Position numbers and translations under genes: made by a program
Source of the DNA: Mizuhopecten yessoensis
Lineage: Eukaryota
Assembly: GCF_002113885.1 (NCBI RefSeq)
Contig: NW_018406224.1
Span: 851,693-915,692 of the forward strand
DNA: 64,000 nt
Reading direction: 5' to 3'
Part shown: piece by piece, positions 13,701 through 40,073 of the stretch
Layout: each line of letters opens with the position of its first letter
Position numbering within the stretch: position 1 is the stretch's first letter
The notes under the pieces: generated by a model
What the model saw: only the letters and a program-made list of their open reading frames with translations
Database searches by the model: none
What the model was told of the DNA's origin: nothing

Positions 13701-16632
13701 CAAGGTAATCGATAATTTTTATACTGACGTTCTGATACATGAGTTAGTGAGCTTCTTTCAATCTCGTGATTATAAAGAATACACATTTTTATCAGTTTAT
13801 CGCGACGATATCCGGCAGACAATTCCGATGACTCATACAAGAAACTGCTCTTTAAAAGAATATATCACTTCAGTCTATACCTTGAATCCTAGAGTTAGAG
13901 ACGGTGTCCTCCTCTTCTCTTGTTATCATTTACATTGAGAACCCCTTTTGTGACAGTTGTACCACATCATCCATATGCTGGTTAATATACTTTGATCCTA
14001 CCTCATCGCAATCTCCTGTGTTTCCTTCTCGATACTTTTAGAATACTTAGTCTAAATCATTGAGGCTTTTTGTAAAACCCCACTTATTCCGTACTCCATT
14101 CGAAGTTGAAAGCGTCGCCTACCAATTGCTTACAGGGTGTACAAAAGTTGGAATGTCGTTTGTCCTATACGTGTATAAGTATTTTTGGGATTTTCTTTTT
14201 CTTGCGTTGTGCTAGTCTATCGATCACATCAATAGTACCAGCAGAAGATGTTGCTTTTTTGATGGTGCGCGAAACAGTTACTGTAGCGAGAAGTGGAATG
14301 GATCCATAATCGCTAATTACTTTGAGATGAACGAATAAAAGTTTGTTTATTTCAACTATTTCGTTTCAGAAGAAATTTTACCGAAGAATGTTAGCTCTAT
14401 ATTGCATTAGTATTTGTGAAGGTGTAAAACGTCATTGCTTAGAAAGATAAGCGTAGGCAAACCCCAAGTTATGTGTTAGCATTTAGGTTATCTTTCTCTC
14501 AAGAGTTTAATTTTTTATATTTGTTCCGGATACATTTCAAACAAGCTCCTTTAGCAAATTGGTTGAGTAGTCGTTTTTGCAGGTCCAAGATTGTGTTTTC
14601 TATCTTACCATCTGTGATCATTACGAGTCAACCTTCATTGGGAATTTTAGGGAATTCTTTGCAACGTCTTTCCAGTGCAATACCTGGTAGTTCTTCGAAA
14701 TATACTCTCATAATGCATTTCCGAGTTGGCAGCCTTATTAAGAAGCTGTACACCGGAAATGCAAATAGTTGAATGCGATAACTGTGTAATAAACTCCGGT
14801 TCTGTGTCTGTACTGATTCGTTTGTCGGCCCGAGGAATTATTGATAAAAGGAAATCAATGACTCTTGCGTGCTGTAGTGCTGCCGACAGGAAAATCTATC
14901 GGTTTTCTATTCGAAGTATCGTATTTTACCAAACATATTTTGTCTCCTTCTTAACAGCAATGTATAAGTCCATGAACCCCATTACTTGATCGCAGTCGCG
15001 GGTTATTTTTCTGGTCATCTGAAGAAGCATTCAACCGTATACAAATGTATAATTCCTAAACTGTAAGAATACACATCATCTATCTTTCCTCGTCGTTGAG
15101 GTGCACTGTATCATCATCAGACGCGCTGTAGCATAATGAATACCCCGAACCTTCGTCTAACAAACAGTACTTCGAACCTTTGTAAAACGTATCTGGTCAG
15201 AATAACCAGTAGAGATAGGCATTGGTAATTATCCAGGATATTACGTAAATCGTTCAAAGCGTCTTTATGTAGAAACATATCCATGATGACGTCATGAATA
15301 CACGATAAAAGAAAATAAATACACTGTACGTATTCTCTGTTGTTTATTTTTGCTTATAATTTTTGTTAGAAATTGACATTGTAGTTTTTATACAACACTT
15401 ACTGAGGCTACTTCTAACTTCTTTACTTTATCTCAATTTCATAAAACTATATGGAATATGAACTCTTCCAAATAATTTTATAAATTTGAGTGTTCTGAGA
15501 TAGCAGTCGAGATTGATGTTATATCAGATATTTGATATTCTAGATTCTGATATTTATGTTGCATGCGTGATCACGATAAGAGTCCATTTTTTGTTGTACT
15601 GGACGCCATGATGGATACCATTGCTGTCGACACAGTAGGTACCTGTCCGCGACCGAGCTCCAGACTGATCGATTGTTGTTCAGTCTGATTTCACCAGCCC
15701 CGGTAGTAAAATGTTCGGCACAGGTCTACATAAAGGTTAGGCGTAGAGACAAACTGAATGTAGGTAACTTAACAAGTATAAACGATCCTCGATCTAAACT
15801 ATTTCCCATACTTTCATAAAACATTTTGTAAACTACCATATTTTCCATGTTTTTTCGCGCTGGGTCTTAGTACTGACGGTTCTTTTACGTCTTCTGTTTT
15901 ATACACTTCAATCCAGATTTCATTTACTATAAGATTTGTTCTAACAATGTTGGAGGTTTGACACGCCGAGATACTATTGAGAGGCGCCGTGTAACAAGCA
16001 AAGTTTCAAAGTTCGGATTTTGACGAAATATAACGCGTTACTCGCATTTCCGTGGTACCTCAAATATTGCTTTGTACAAATTCGTTCTTAACTTTTCCAA
16101 TATATCCGAACCTTAAGGTCAAACTACAACGTGATTTCCTAGTAAATACAGAAAAGGACTGCATGTTATATTTCACAAGCAGAATACTATTTCTGATGGT
16201 TATACATTGTATAAATCCGGTTCGTTTAAAGCCCCGCTGCGTTTTTGTATTAACCCATGCAGCCATAGTCAGCGAAGTGCTAGCATGACATAGACTTGCG
16301 TTTTGTGTGTAATATTCGTAATGCAATTTATTTTTGTGTCGGTAGAATAAAAATAAGATCTTATTTTAAGGGTTTTGAACTACACAAGTGTTTACAATCA
16401 AGTGTGCTTGTTTCTTTCGTAATATTGTCACCCCATGGTCACATACTTAATACATTTTTATGCATGTTATTTAAAATATCATTCATCGAGCAGAAACATC
16501 TATTTTTACCATGCCATGCTGCAAAATATTAGAATAAAACCACACACTTAACTGGATTTTCTCGCACAATAAACTTATTACAGATATTGTTGACAGCTCC
16601 CTTTAAATCATCTCCATTTTGTTATGTTTCAG

Positions 16633-28580
<11,948 letters not shown>

Positions 28581-28610
<30 letters not shown>

Positions 28611-29000
28611 ATTCAAAACAACACCTTAGACCAATGCTGTGGACAAAAGATGGAACTCAACACCTTCGACCAACTATACGCGCCACAGACTGAACAGAAG
28701 AACTCACGACTAACGGTACAGACCATTGATGTAACAACTTGACACCTTTAACTAGCGAAAACGACCATGGAGTCAATAGAATAAAAAGTTCGACCAGTCA
28801 TACGGACCCCAATTTCAATACAATAACACTTCAAACCAACGATATGTTGAACATTCAATCTAACCAATCAAGTATACGGACCATATTTAACTATAGCTCT
28901 CGTCCGACTCAAATTACGGACCAATATATAAAACCCTTCATGTGATTTGACCAATGGAACGGACCTTATATCAACCTTTACACATCCAACCTACGGAATA
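28581..29000 (+). repeat. Degenerate ~39-nt repeat spanning the MFSD6 stop codon and proximal 3'UTR
   Basis: Units start at 28581, 28620 and 28659; more decayed GACCA..TACGGACC units follow. Confidence 0.7.
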
Positions 29001-31509
29001 GACCACCTATCTCGTTTGACTTCAAGACATATATATATATCGTTTATATATCGCATTTAAGGAAGAAGATAATGAAACAGTTACTAACGTACGTATACGC
29101 AGTCCTTCTCATCGTAAATACAAGTTGGTTCGAAACTGCACTGCTACATACTGGTGTTATAATAACCTGACAGTGAGCATGTACAACAAAAGCAGTGAAA
29201 TGTTCATCGCGAGACATCCCTTAATGTATCGTGTTAGTCCTGTGGGACAAACATGCTATTTTGTAGTCAACAAATAACCATCTGATGTATTTATTATGAC
29301 ACAAACATACATCGCAGTTAGTTGTCACATGATGCATTCGTTTTTGCAAATTGATAACCGTAGAAATATCATTCAACGAAACAATGAGGAAAGGAATCAT
29401 TAAAGCCCGGCCACTACAGCATACATTGAAGGGCAGGTTATTATGCTCCGTTCGTTTTTCCCCGTTCAATCATTACGTAGTTTACATAAGAATTAGACGC
29501 TGATATCATACTCTCCTGATGCTTTCAGATTATACATCGCTTGTCAATATTTTTCCTATGTATAAGCCAAACATCTCATCCTGTAAAAAATATCAATTTA
29601 GCAGAATTATCAAATACACATTAGTTTGTCTCTACGGAAATCGTTTAATGATCGATATTTCTTCATGGTACTTGTTCATTGATGTAGTTCCTGAAAGGAT
29701 TAGTCCTAAAGCGTTCTTTTACATACCGTGTATGTCGTATTATGTCTGTTTTAGATGTCAATTAAATTATAAATAGATATGAGTTTCGTGTGGAGTATGG
29801 ACATGCTACGAAAATCGTATAAAAACATCCTACATGTATAGCATAACTGCTAAATTTAATGTAGAATACTATCACGATAATCGATTTCATACACATGCAC
29901 GTGTTAGCTGAGAAATAAAAGATCACATTGAGATGAGAAAAAGGATAAACTTGAAAAATATGAAGAAGGAGCAAATTTGGATTTGATCATTTTTAACGGT
30001 GCTAACGTCAGCAAAATTCATATATTTATGACCTGGCCGTTTGTCGTGACAAAAGTTTTGTAACCGGAATATCTTTCAAACCCCATAAATCTTTGATCCG
30101 ACGCTGTAATCGTTAAGTCGTAAGTAAGTGTCTAACATAGACATGTGATACATCATACCTATACATGGCTTTATGTGCTTTGTCGGTGCGTCAGTTATGG
30201 ATGAGTCCGATCACACGTCATCTAGATCTTACTTTATCAAGCTACTGTTACACGTCCCAGTCTGTATTATGTAGATGACCATCAACGAACACACTGGTGA
30301 TTTAACAATGCTCTTTCATCTGGTGTCTACTTGTCACGATCAATCAGGCAAAATCTCAGTAAAAAAAAGAACGAAAAGTAGTAAGTTTCATGGAGTTGAT
30401 ATACTAACGACTGTTCTTATTTGTTGTCAATATAAGTAGAAAACTGTAATCTTATGTAGTAGACAGCAACACTTAACATCAGGAAACCATTTACGCACGT
30501 TTATAGGAATCTTGATGTAAAAGGCAGGAGAACACAGTAAGTGGTCACACTGACAGTGCTGAATGTGTTAAGCCCCTTTATTGTACACATGTTTTCATTA
30601 CAGGGACGACTAATATAAAGTGTCACAGAGTTATGCCCCTTTACATGTTTAAATATGTGTGTAGTTGTAGAGTCTGTATGGTAAGTGACGAGTTGATGTA
30701 CATGTTGTAAAGGAAACAGACAGGTAGACGTATTATGTATGTGATATCGTTTAATAAATAAATTCTAAATTAGCTACAATACATATTTACCTAGTATAAC
30801 ACATGTAAATGATTCAATATGAATCTTTAATATTATAATGAATTTTGTATTCAGTTTATGTTACATTGTTAATTGTTTTAACTATTGCTGTTGAATGAAT
30901 TGTTGAGAACAATGTACGTACTACCAGCATCATTATTACTAGTGCTTCGTGGATATCAGTGGAACCAATGGTAATGTGTTTGCCTTTATGGCAGTCTAGC
31001 GAGAGGCTTAACATCATTCCATTAATTTATACATTTACACATAATCGACTCTGCTTGTGCCATATTCCCATTTTGAGGTGATATCATCAACAACGTACTT
31101 TGTATATATATCATGAAATTTTAGCCATGATTCGTGAATTACACTGGCATCAATGGATTTTCAAGAAAGAAACAATAAATACAATATGATGCAGATCGCA
31201 AGCTATGTCATTGCAAAGGCTGTGTCATTGATTGGTTCAACATTATCCATAAAAATTCATGTAGCGTTTCTAAATATTCCCTCTTGTAGTGATTTGAATA
31301 GAACTCGTATAGCGTATAGACTAATTAGAAGTGTACTGTTTTGTGATGATATCTCTCTGTTACAATAGATAGAGCTGTCACGAAGCTTCACATCGTAATA
31401 CTTCCAACAGGATTGTTACTTGCTGCTTGACATTCAGTGACATTCCAGGAGAGCGCCAGTCATTCAGATACTTTCAGGTTATTTCAATTAGCGAGTACAA
31501 AAATGCTTT

Positions 31510-32300
31510 ATAGCGTATACCGGTGTACTTGTTTAGACAATACATTTATTAGTATACACAATTCGGATATTCTGTATATTGTTAAGTGATTGTTATCAAA
31601 TAAATGTTGAGGTACATACCGAAGTGTATGAGACAATAAATGCACAAGTGAGCTAAGCATCATGCGGATATTGTTTACGATACTAAGTGAGTGTTAACGT
31701 TTAGTTACACACCGAAGTGAACCAGACAGTAAGTGCAGTGGGAAGCTGAGCATCACGCGGATATTGTTTACGATACTAAGTGAGTGTTAACTTTTAGTTA
31801 CACACCGAAGTGAACCAGACAGTAAGTGCAGTGGGAAGCTGATCATCACGCGGATAGTGTTTACAATATTAAGTGAATGGTATAGAACTATTGTTTGAGT
31901 GCATTATGGGATGGAACAGTACATTAGTGAATATCATGTGGAAATCGTTGATAGTTCATTGTTATCTAAGTGATATAGTAGTTCGTGCAGAGGCGTTTGA
32001 AAGTAGGCAACACAAGCATTTTAAACATCTTGCGAATATTGATTATAATTTCTTGTGATTGTTATTAAACTACGATGACGTATATACCGAGGTGATCGAG
32101 ACAATAAAAGCACAAGTAAGCATAACGTGGACATTGTTAATAGTGGTGAGTGATTGTTCTGTGCAGCATTTGAGTACATGCCGAGGACGAGAGTCTAGAC
32201 AATACATTTACTAGCCTATACCATGCGGCTATTTATCTGTTTTATCCAATATTCCGTATAGTGTGTAGTGAGTATTACATATATATCGAATTATATAGAC
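31510..32300. repeat. Degenerate ~93-bp tandem array
   Basis: Near-identical units at 31708 and 31801 (CACACCGAAGTGAACCAGACAGTAAGTGC...), with decayed units on both sides. Confidence 0.75.
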
Positions 32301-35300
32301 TAGGGTACCTTTCACTTGAGCATTAACTTTGTACAAAGTGGTACATACCACGTGGAGACCTTCCGTGTCCCCGATATCATATACTTGTAGTAAATGTTAA
32401 TACAGTTAGTAGCTGTGTTTTGTGATAAAACGGTTATTGTTGTTGTTTTATTCTGAAACATATAGTGTTGGAACCACCAAATGCAATTCTGTAGAAATAA
32501 AATGAAAATAAATTGCAATCTAGAATCGTTTCTAATGCTTTGGTTTTCTTTGGTCTGTCTTTACATCTGACATTTCTGTTCCGGCATTTTGTTGTCGGAT
32601 GCTTGCCCGTTGCAGACACGCTATTAATATCGATTTTAGTGATATACATATATCTTTGTATGAGTGAAACCTTTATGACCCGAAGTTAAACATTAATTAC
32701 CACTTGTTTTAACGTTAAATAACATTTCCCCGTGTTAATCGAAGGGTAGTTACCTTTGACACTATTCTTCAGAATCCATGGAAATGTTAGCCATTAATGC
32801 ATTTAGCGAAGATATTTCTAGCGTGAAATTCGAAAGTGGAAATTAAAGTGTTGTCTACGTATGGTATAATCAATTATCTTATCGTCAGTGTAGTTATGTC
32901 TTGAATTAAAAGATCAAAGATAACTGTCATATATTTTTCGACATACTTTGAGATTCTATACAGTCGATACTTGTTGATACAATTACAACAAAATCCGTTC
33001 ATGTTTTAGATACTAAAGGAGGACTGTGGCCTCCCTGGGCATACAATTACACTCGTCGTTTTGTTGCAATATGAACTAAGTTAGATTGATGATTAATACA
33101 GCAATATAGATGTTGTGAACAATAAACGTTTTTAAAGGATTTTAAGTTATGATACGAGTTACCTCCCCATGACCAGGCAGTCGATATTTAATTTGAGAAT
33201 TATGGAAACAATAAGTAACACAGCTGTAGATCCTTACACATTTCTTAGCAGATGAAAACACATCAGATGATATCATACAATTATATGAAAACGTGTATCC
33301 TGTTGCAGATCAGTATTAGCTATGGTTCCAGCGTTTCAATCTAGGAGCTTAATGCGTAATGCGATTGGAGTATGTTGTTGTAATGAACATAATTTACATT
33401 ATGAAGTTTCTTTTGTATCACACATTTCTTAGCAACGTCTCGGATACACAAATAGCTTAGATTTATAATCACTAGCATTGTACGTTTAACGTGTGTGTTG
33501 TTATAAGAATATTTCTTGGATTAAGCGACGACACGTCCGATTTTTTTTCAGGAATAGCCATACAGATTTGACGACGTGTCATAATCATCGCTATTTTTGG
33601 TGAATACTTAAAATGATATTTTCACATAGTGAAACACAGTAGAATGTAGATACATATAAATTAGTTGGTGATTTAAGAAAGAACAACTGCAGAAACAAAA
33701 CGCGCTTAAGACAGATATGGGTCTTTACCAAACAGTAAAATAAGAAACAGGATGGACAGATGAATGTTAATAAACCACGACATAATCTGGGCATATGGAA
33801 GAGAGATGGGTGTTTATGAAACAATTACGGTAAAATCTAGTCACAAGTAGGAAAACTGGTGGGTTTTTTTTTATTAAACACTAATGGTAGAAATAAGACA
33901 CAGGCAGGTCAAATGGGTATTAATAAAACACTTACGGTATAATCTAGAATCAGTTGCCATAATTTGGTCTATATAACTCAATTACGTAGGCCCATGATAG
34001 AAAAGGTCCATTTTTCACTGCTTTTGTTATTAAAAAATGTTACCTGTGATATTGATTTACGATAAACGTGATATGGGAAATCACAAAGCACTGTCACCTT
34101 GAATTATCCCTTTTTAGCTATATTTACAATAATTATGTTGTGGCGTTATACACAACGTTTGTACTACACACATGGCCGTATGTGAATTATACATGATTGA
34201 TTCATGACCTTTAACCAATAGTTATTGTTGTATGGTTACTTGCCGCCAACTGATTAGATATATTTATTTTGGACTATCAGGAAGACCATAGCTGCTAAGA
34301 TTCGGCATCCATGTACAAGACAGTAACTGATTGAACCCGCTCAAATGTTATAAACCATATGAAGATTGATTTGCTTTCAAGTATTTCCCCGTATATGTTA
34401 TAATTCGTGTACCATAATACTTTCATGTCACACTAAACACTAAATATTCCTATTATATACAACTTGCCCCCGGGATGCATAGTGTTGTTGGTTCAAAAAC
34501 AGTTTCAGAAATTTCTGTCGTCTTTAGAATCCACTTTTACACGGATAATAGCTCGGCTACTGAATAATAATATAGGCATCTAGAGAGTTTAGAATAGTTC
34601 TATAGACTTAACCTCGTCATGTGAAAAGATACCAAGCTATTTTTTCGGAATACCTGATTATATATCCTAAAATGTAATTCAGGCCCAGTGTCTGTTATGT
34701 TATTCAAACTTGACAGTACTTTGGGAGATCGTACGCTTTATGTGGTGTATGAAATTTTGGTTTGGATTGATAATGCAACAATATACCACATCCCATGCTC
34801 AAATTATCAGCTTATATTGTTTCATTTATGAAACTTAATGCACAGGCATATCACATTTACGTTTTATTATTGCTTATATCATTTTTATTTATTTTTGTAA
34901 TAGCAGAGTCAAACATTTATTGTTTAATATTTACTAGAATTTCAGATTTGTTAAATAAGTTAAAAAAATACATACATAAATAAATTAACAAAAGAAATTT
35001 ATATACACATATCAAAATTGCAGCATTATTATGTTGCAAATATGTTAATGGGAATACTTGGATTGTAACGTAGAAATCTAGATACTTGAATGCTAACGAA
35101 ATGTTTTTCAGTGCTTGGATGGTAACGAAAACAAATCCAGAGCACTTGGATGCTACTGCAATGAAACATTTAGAACACTTGGATGGCTACGAAAATTTAA
35201 AATAGAACATCAAAATCCAGTAAAATCTTGTATATAAATAACTTTAAGTAAATAAGTTAATATTCACATATACAAATTTCAATAAAAAAAAAAATGAAAA

Positions 35301-35379
35301 TATGTTAATCGGAAGCCTTCTCCAAAATAACATTAACATCTGATAGAAAACATTACATCAATGATATTATCCAAAGTCC

Positions 35380-36620
35380 ATATCTGATGCGTAAAGCATG
35401 GTGTGGATTGTCAGCAAACAGCATCCTAGTGCAAACGGTGGTTAACTGTTGTTGTTTATTTATTTAATATATGCCTGAGATGCCAGATTGAAAATTACCA
35501 CTAGAAACACCAAAGCCAGGATCCAGTCTACTGGTGCACCAAAAGGCTGTAAAATACAAAACAATATCGTCAGTGACAATACAGACGCTACGTTCAAAAC
35601 GATTTAAATGTAGTATTGGTTACAGTTTCGGAACGCTTATGAACTGATACAAAATGCATCTTTATAAAATTATTGTATCGCACTTTTAAACAGTTATAGA
35701 AAATTACCATGAAACGACTGACCAGAAACCTTTTCGATGACGAGTAAGCTTAGGTATTAACACATAGAATATGATATATTTAGTACATTATCCAAACGAT
35801 CGGTTTATGGTCTTTGGCATCTTTGTTTAATTTGTAAGATAATGTTTCGATAATGTGATTGAGATTGTTTTGTCTATTTTACTCTATTACATGACACTCG
35901 TTCTTTAGTTTAACAAGGACTACTTCACATAATCATTTAATAATTCCCGTGGAATATTGTGCTGTGGGTGGATACGTGTGGCAGAATGTAGCAACCATCT
36001 AATTGTCGTTTCGTCATGATAAATGATCGTTAATAAATCAAGTTATAAGATTCTGTCGATTTGTGTAGATCATGTATCATTGGAGCATTCAGACCAGTTC
36101 ATTGTATCAAATATGTCCAGGTAAGAAATGTAGAAATGTTGTGTGTGTCATTCCTATCTAGACGATTGTTCATACAAAGCAAGACTATTTTGTAACAGCA
36201 CAATAACCAAATATAAACATAGCACCATAGCTCGTCACGTTTCATGTCTATGACATGTATACACACGTGGTTTGGAAATGTGCAATTGACATTAAGGAAA
36301 GTCCGCCACACAGGCGTTTTAACAGGGGGTACTGTAGAGTATATGAACACAGACGTTGGTAATCAGTCGGTCCTTATTTCTTGATATCTTCCAAAGCAAC
36401 AGAGTAAAGTAAACAAACTCGATTTACAGTCGTTCGTGGACATATGTTACAGTCGAAGCGCACGAAAAGGAGTGAAATGAACTGTATGATCAATACCCTG
36501 GTTATTATGTGTAATACATGTAGAACCACTGTACACACAGGAGCAGTCTTGATTGCAATTACCCGTATGTTCAGCTGTTGCTACCTGTACAAGCTAGCTG
36601 TCACGAACGCTGATATTTGG
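35380..36620 (+). pseudogene. Fossil Cys-rich EGF/furin-like repeat ORF (MEGF/SREC-like), copy A
   Basis: Frame-hopping fragments QSTGAPKGCK, KCSIGYSFG, CAVGGY, DLCRSCIIGAF, QICPGKKCRNVVC, TCIHTWFGN, YPGYY..NTCR fit CPxxCxxxxC..TGxCxxCxxGxxGxxC repeats. Confidence 0.45.
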
Positions 36621-39600
36621 GTATTGATATCATGACTGCACAATACCAGTTGTAAACATGGGACAACAATTTTCCTTACCTATATGACACAGTTGTATAT
36701 GATTAGTGAAAATATATTACCTACAAATAACTTGACGCACCCAAAAACACTTCAATCCATAGTGATACAAATACAGATTTGAATTTCTAATTCGAAATGC
36801 AAATAAACAATAATACCTATTATTAACATATTTACCTGCATTGCTAAGAGGATCCACACAAAACAAATAAGGGGAATTAATGCAAGAGTCATCCATCTGG
36901 GCATCTACAAAATTAGTAAGGACCCGATTAATAAAAATACCAAAGCATTATTCATATTGGGATAAGGACATTGACTTAACTCCACGTCTTTAAAGAGTCT
37001 TTTGTCGATTTTCAGACGTTTCACTGCTTTAAATAAATTGATATAATTGGTCATTTTTAAGTACGAAGATAATTTTGAATTCCATTTAATATTGCATTTG
37101 AATCTATTGCAAGTACACTGTAGCAGAAATAAGCAAACATTCAGTGTAACGATGTTTGAGTCTAAGAAGCTTTTAACGCCGTTCGGGTTTGTCGTAAGAA
37201 GCTTGTAAAATCTAACATTTAGTCTAATTACGTTTGAGGCTATGGAAGTAGTCAAACAATGTTAAAGTCAAAATTAAGTAGCTTTAATATGGTTACATTT
37301 GTCTACTGTAGTTAGAATCTATCATTAGTTGCTCTGCTAATCTATTACAAAGTCTGTAAAGGTTGTAAGACCTAACATAGTATATGAATATTTGAGTCTA
37401 TCGTTTGTACTTTTTGCGGTTTAATCAACTAAAATGTTAATCAACCTTGTTTACTATGTACTTTGTTCATCCAAGCATGGTACACTCTTGAATACTTTAC
37501 TTGAAAACAGACGCGGCCTACTCTTCAAAAAATGACGCGTCTGAGCCACTACCTGCTCTTTTCCAAAGTCTTATATTTCGACCTCTTTGATATGATGCGT
37601 GTCATCCACCTCCAGCACACTGACTACCCCTCATAACCAAGTAATTTACCGGCGAACAATATTGTTCAGTTGTGCATGGATCAAGTGTAGTGCCAAAGTC
37701 TGCTGCTGTTGTTCCCCATTTACTTACAGTTTCCAGCATACGTTTTATTGAACTTCGGTGAGCTAAATGTACGATAATGCTCTTCAAGTCATTACTTATC
37801 TCGACATACATGATGTGAACTGAATTTGATAAGTGGTGCTTAATTTATTTGCATGTTTCATCTTGCCATATACTTTGATGTGAAGTTAGCTTGATTTATA
37901 ATATCAGGGATTGTAACAAAAGTTGGAAATTGGCCAGAAGAACAAGAGCTTAAACGATACCCCAATTTAACGACCGGTGTTTGACTTGTCATCTTATTTC
38001 AATGTCATTCTTCGTATTTGTTTTAATTATTTTGTTATACATCTCAATGGATAAATCGCCAAATCCCCTTTATAAGGTCAACGTGTCCAAGAACAAGTTG
38101 TCACAAATGTTGCAGTATATCAATTTTAGCTTTACTGCAGATACTCTGTAATTGTTTAACTTATTTTATACATGAATGAAACAACACAAAATGTAACTTA
38201 TCTCTGTGATACAAAAACTCATATATAGATTGAACGGCGGTTTCTTAATTTTCATGCCGGTATGAACGCAAATCGGTTACATCCATATTGCATAAAGCCC
38301 GGTAGAGTTATGTGATAAAGGACTGTTTATCTTGTCAGAAAAGGAAAAAGTATTAAATAATATCAGGTAAAAGGCGGAAGCATTGCAAAGTAAAATATTA
38401 AGGTTAATGGTACGAACAAGTTTAACTATATATGATTATTTTTATATTATGTCCACAGCCATTATTGTAAAATATTCGCTTAGAGCCTTTAAAATGTAAA
38501 TATTTCATAAAATTCACATATTGCCATGCATTTTACAGAACTGCAGTCGTTAGATATTCGAATGTTAACAAATAAAAATAAAAACAAACAATCACAAGAC
38601 AAGAAACCTTCAAATATCGATTGGGAACTTTCAAATTTCAAACCTTTTACAATGTTACCATACAGGATTCATACAAAAACAGCAAAAAAAGCGAGAGTCA
38701 AATTTAAGGGCCACAAAGCATATGAAAAGTCTAGCAGGAAGGGTGATTCAAGGCGAGGGATTGCTAATTATTCTATATAAAGCGAACACAAACTTAAATG
38801 GAACTTTTCTTCGAAATTAAAACTGATGCAATGGTATTCTTTACCGTCATGTTTATTACATAAATACAAAACATACTCTTTAATCTAGAAAAAGACATTG
38901 ATTTTACACATGGAGAAAAGCTGAAGCGTTATTCTGTAAGTTATGACAATTCTGTATCTAATTCACCCCCTTAAATCATTTACATCTCTTCATATCAAGA
39001 TCAAAATATGCAATATCAGATTCAAGATAAGCCACCTAGGCAAAACAAGTATTTTAAAAAAAATGACCTCCCATCATCCTCGATCACATCCGTGATTGTA
39101 TGTGCAGTGTGTAAGTGTGTGCGTGTGTGTTTAATTATTTGAGTAATACTAACGATTAAAGACATCTTGTTAAATTTTATCTTGAAGCATTCATGGAAAA
39201 ACTAGACGTAATAAACATAAAGTGATATCAATGTTATTGAACCACATGTCAGTAAACATCAAAAGCATCAATTTCAGGATAATATCATAATCCCCCATCA
39301 AGAACCTGCATATATATAATAGTATATCCTTTCCATGTCATGTGATTATAGAATGATCTAATTTTGTTACAGTTACGCATATCGCTCTTTGTTAATTTAA
39401 AAGAACACTGAAGTAAGTACCCAAGGCAGAAAAACAGCGTTCCTAATACCTCTGAACATTTGACAAATGTAAGCAAACAAAATTTGATATTACCTTCAGG
39501 CAATGAAAGTGACCTAAATAACTTCTGAAAGAAATCCTTAACCGAATTGTTTCTGTAGAAACCTTGTAAAAATACTAAACATATCTTATATTTATGTCTT

Positions 39601-40073
39601 CGTTACTCTGTTTCTGAGTAGTAATGTAATTAACTGCAGAACAATAGTTTTTACATTAATAATCAATATTCTTACCTCTGGTAGCAGTGAGTTATCATAT
39701 GTGGATAATTTATTTTATGTAGTATCATGTTGTTATTAAAGTTACAGATATATTTTCTCTGGAATAATTAAATATTTTGTTGAAATAGCATTATTTCATA
39801 TCCACTAAATATTATACTATATTATTATTATCATGTCCACTCAATATTATACTATCTTATTATCACTTAATATCATATCATATTATTATTACCACAATAT
39901 ATAACACCATATTATCAATACCACTTAATGTCATTCTTTATTATTATAACCACTTCATATGTGCCTTTCATTATATTATCTCGGCCATGAAAAAATATAT
40001 TTTCAGTTCAAACAAAACTTATTCTCGCAAGCGGCAAAGCTTAGAGATGTCATTTCCAGTAATAATGAATAAT

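Larger units (their letters stand above)
12380..15018 (-). pseudogene. Fossil TRPM-like cation channel ORF (MHR1-4 / SLOG region), with many stops and frameshifts
   Basis: Manual minus-strand translation gives RVYFEELPGIALERRCKEF..LVMITDG..LQKRLLNQFAKG (cf. TRPM RLSYDTKP..LLKEW..PKLVISVHGG..LQPKLKQVFGKG), IPLLATV..GTIDVI, KMADKF..KEPLI and EQSFKE (MHR4), and LQTDVLMGKWY (pre-S1), in TRPM order and approximate spacing. Confidence 0.55.

Noticed and set aside
14106-14989. Plus-strand ORFs 14106-14309, 14473-14772 and 14726-14989
   Set aside because: Antisense to the TRPM-like fossil; no recognisable plus-strand protein.
16113-16606. Possible TTAA-flanked Kolobok-like element
   Set aside because: Terminal inverted similarity too weak and no empty-site control.
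30753-30758. AATAAA as the MFSD6 poly(A) signal
   Set aside because: Several AATAAA hexamers lie downstream of the stop in AT-rich DNA; the site cannot be chosen without transcript data.
39240-39720. Exon-like segments on the minus strand (also ~51880-52350)
   Set aside because: Splice-like sites are present but frames differ between copies and no family is recognisable.
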